The notes beneath the pieces are model-generated. The model made no database searches, was not told the origin of the DNA, and saw only the letters and a list, made by a program, of their open reading frames with translations. A DNA stretch of 64,000 nt from NCBI GenBank assembly GCA_964616135.1, contig CAZTTQ010000001.1, forward strand, positions 43,875 through 107,874. The letters run 5' to 3'. The position numbers and the translations under genes were made by a program. The DNA is from an uncultured Gammaproteobacteria bacterium. GTDB taxonomy: Bacteria > Patescibacteriota > Patescibacteriia > UBA9934 > GWF2-40-263. The first letter of the stretch is position 1. Each line of letters opens with the position of its first letter. Of this stretch, positions 62,608-64,000 are shown piece by piece.

Positions 62608-63762
62608 CTAGTTGATGGCCTGGCCGTCCTGGTAGACGGTCATGCCCTTCTTTTTTAATTCGGCGAAGAAGAGGTCGGTCGGCACGCAGCCGTCCGGGGC
62701 GAAGCTGCCGCGGGCGGAAATGCGCCCGTCCAGCAGCATTTGCGCGATAATCGACGCGGGAAAGCCAGTATCGATGTTACACCCCGCTTCTGTCCAGCCC
62801 GGCAGCGTGGAGACGATGCACTCCATGCGCATGAGCTTGATGCCGCCGTCCTTGCCGGTGCCGCTGATTTCGACCCAGAGGTTTTCCTTTTCCATGTAGC
62901 CGTCGGGCTTCCCCAGGCGGGTCAAAATGCGGGAAACGGCGTCCACGGGACGGATGTCGGTGCGTTCGAACTTGAGCAGCTTTTTTCCGCCGAATCCCAA
63001 GCCGATGAGCGTGTTCAGGACCGCCAGCGAGTGGTCCGGGAACCCGGCGTAGAAGCGGATGTTCTTGGGCTTCAGGTCGGCGTAGTCCTGGGTGAACGTG
63101 TACGTCTCCGGATGGCGGACCAGGTAGCACTTTTGCGCGCCGATCTCGCGCACTTCTCGGACGACCTCCGTGTCCTTGGGGTTCTTTTCCAACCAGACGC
63201 CGTTTTCCAACACGGGCGCCGGGTCCGTCAGTTCTTCGATGATGCTCTCCATGGAGAACGGCACGGCGAATTTCTTCACGTTGGAATCCCAGTTGAAGCC
63301 GATCTCAATGGTGTCGATGGCCGAAAAGGACCGCGACGCGTGCTTCATCATGACGTTGTTGATGCCCGGCGTGGAGCCGCAGCCCGTCACGGCCGTCTTG
63401 TCCGCCTTTTTGAAGGCGGCGTCCATGGCCAATTGTGTTTTCGTCATCGGAATGTCGCTGCCCAGGTCCATCACGTGGCAACCCTGCTCCAACGCGACGC
63501 GGTACACGTCGTGGTTCCAGTCCCCTTCCGCGCAGTTCACGATCACCGCGGGCGCCGCCTGGCGGACGAACGTGCGGCACGCCTCCAAGTCGCGCAAATC
63601 CAAGTAGGAGAACGCCGTCCCCGGATATTCGGACAGGATTTCCTCCGAGCCTTCCCGGTACAGGTCCGCGCAATGGACCTTGAACCCGGCCTCCAGGAGG
63701 TCTTTGGTGACGATGCGTCCCTGCATGCCGCTCGAACCGATGACGAGGAAGTCGTAGGTCAT
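62608..63762 (-). CDS. saccharopine dehydrogenase-family NAD(P)-binding protein (carboxynorspermidine/homospermidine synthase-like)
   Basis: Rossmann N-terminus VIGSSGMQG and family-wide similarity. Confidence 0.7.
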   Translation of the reverse strand: MTYDFLVIGSSGMQGRIVTKDLLEAGFKVHCADLYREGSEEILSEYPGTAFSYLDLRDLEACRTFVRQAAPAVIVNCAEGDWNHDVYRVALEQGCHVMDLGSDIPMTKTQLAMDAAFKKADKTAVTGCGSTPGINNVMMKHASRSFSAIDTIEIGFNWDSNVKKFAVPFSMESIIEELTDPAPVLENGVWLEKNPKDTEVVREVREIGAQKCYLVRHPETYTFTQDYADLKPKNIRFYAGFPDHSLAVLNTLIGLGFGGKKLLKFERTDIRPVDAVSRILTRLGKPDGYMEKENLWVEISGTGKDGGIKLMRMECIVSTLPGWTEAGCNIDTGFPASIIAQMLLDGRISARGSFAPDGCVPTDLFFAELKKKGMTVYQDGQAIN

Positions 63763-63771
63763 AAGGAAAGG

Positions 63772-64000
63772 TTACATCTTGCGGCTGTCGTACGCCCAGT
63801 GGAGCAAGGCCTGGCGTTGAACCGGCCGGCACGTTTTGTCTCCCGGCGCGCAGTGCTTTTTGATTTGGCCGACGTGGCGGGCGATGGCTTTCCAACGCTT
63901 GATCTGGCGCGCGTCTTCTTCCGGCAGGCGGCGGCCCAGGTAGTAACGGCAGTACCACTGGAACCACCCGCGCGGGTCGTGTTCCTCATTAATCCAACCC
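63772..64000 (-). CDS. partial CDS (C-terminal 75 aa, ...[33 protein letters not shown]...), product unknown; continues beyond window
   Basis: Open minus-strand frame with high GC3 ending at TAA 63772-63774. Confidence 0.5.
   Translation of the reverse strand, partial: GWINEEHDPRGWFQWYCRYYLGRRLPEEDARQIKRWKAIARHVGQIKKHCAPGDKTCRPVQRQALLHWAYDSRKM

Overview
This is a 64-kb, densely coding window from a high-GC (~65%) bacterial chromosome. Third-codon-position GC is very high, so most long ORFs that run opposite to real genes are antisense artefacts. I can support about 65 protein-coding genes. No rRNA gene, no intact tRNA and no CRISPR array is visible. The housekeeping content includes pepA, a short metG, lysS, gltX, alr, pgi, tatD, cvpA, rsmI, xth, msrA, engB and a cell-shape operon (mreB-mreC-mreD-PBP2, then greA-lysS...alr-ftsQ-like-pgi). 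It also includes a UvrD/PcrA helicase fused to a C-terminal nuclease, a sigma-32-like sigma factor, a Fe/Mn superoxide dismutase with a peroxiredoxin, and a prepilin peptidase with a TfoX_N protein. Promoters that I can read follow TTGACA-N17-TATNNT, and terminators are GC hairpins with T-tracts, often ending in a TTTGCGTTT-type tail. Most notable is a tandem array of four paralogous, cysteine-containing lipoproteins on the minus strand (5753-10382). They are separated by a repeated ~85-nt terminator-plus-promoter cassette, and three of the four carry a conserved two-hairpin 5' leader. Second is a ~2.1-kb low-GC (~35-40%) island (56.4-58.5 kb) encoding a standalone OLD-family ATPase/Toprim nuclease. 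It is bounded by 17-bp imperfect direct repeats and carries a tRNA 3'-end-like fragment, which looks like an integrated defence islet. Third is a ~0.75-kb AT-rich non-coding region (35.1-35.9 kb) rich in hairpins, next to a small protein with four CxxC motifs. Fourth, two loci have a single gene flanked by near-identical hairpin terminators. The remaining observations are one-off candidates for follow-up. All regulatory-element coordinates are approximate (+/- a few nt).
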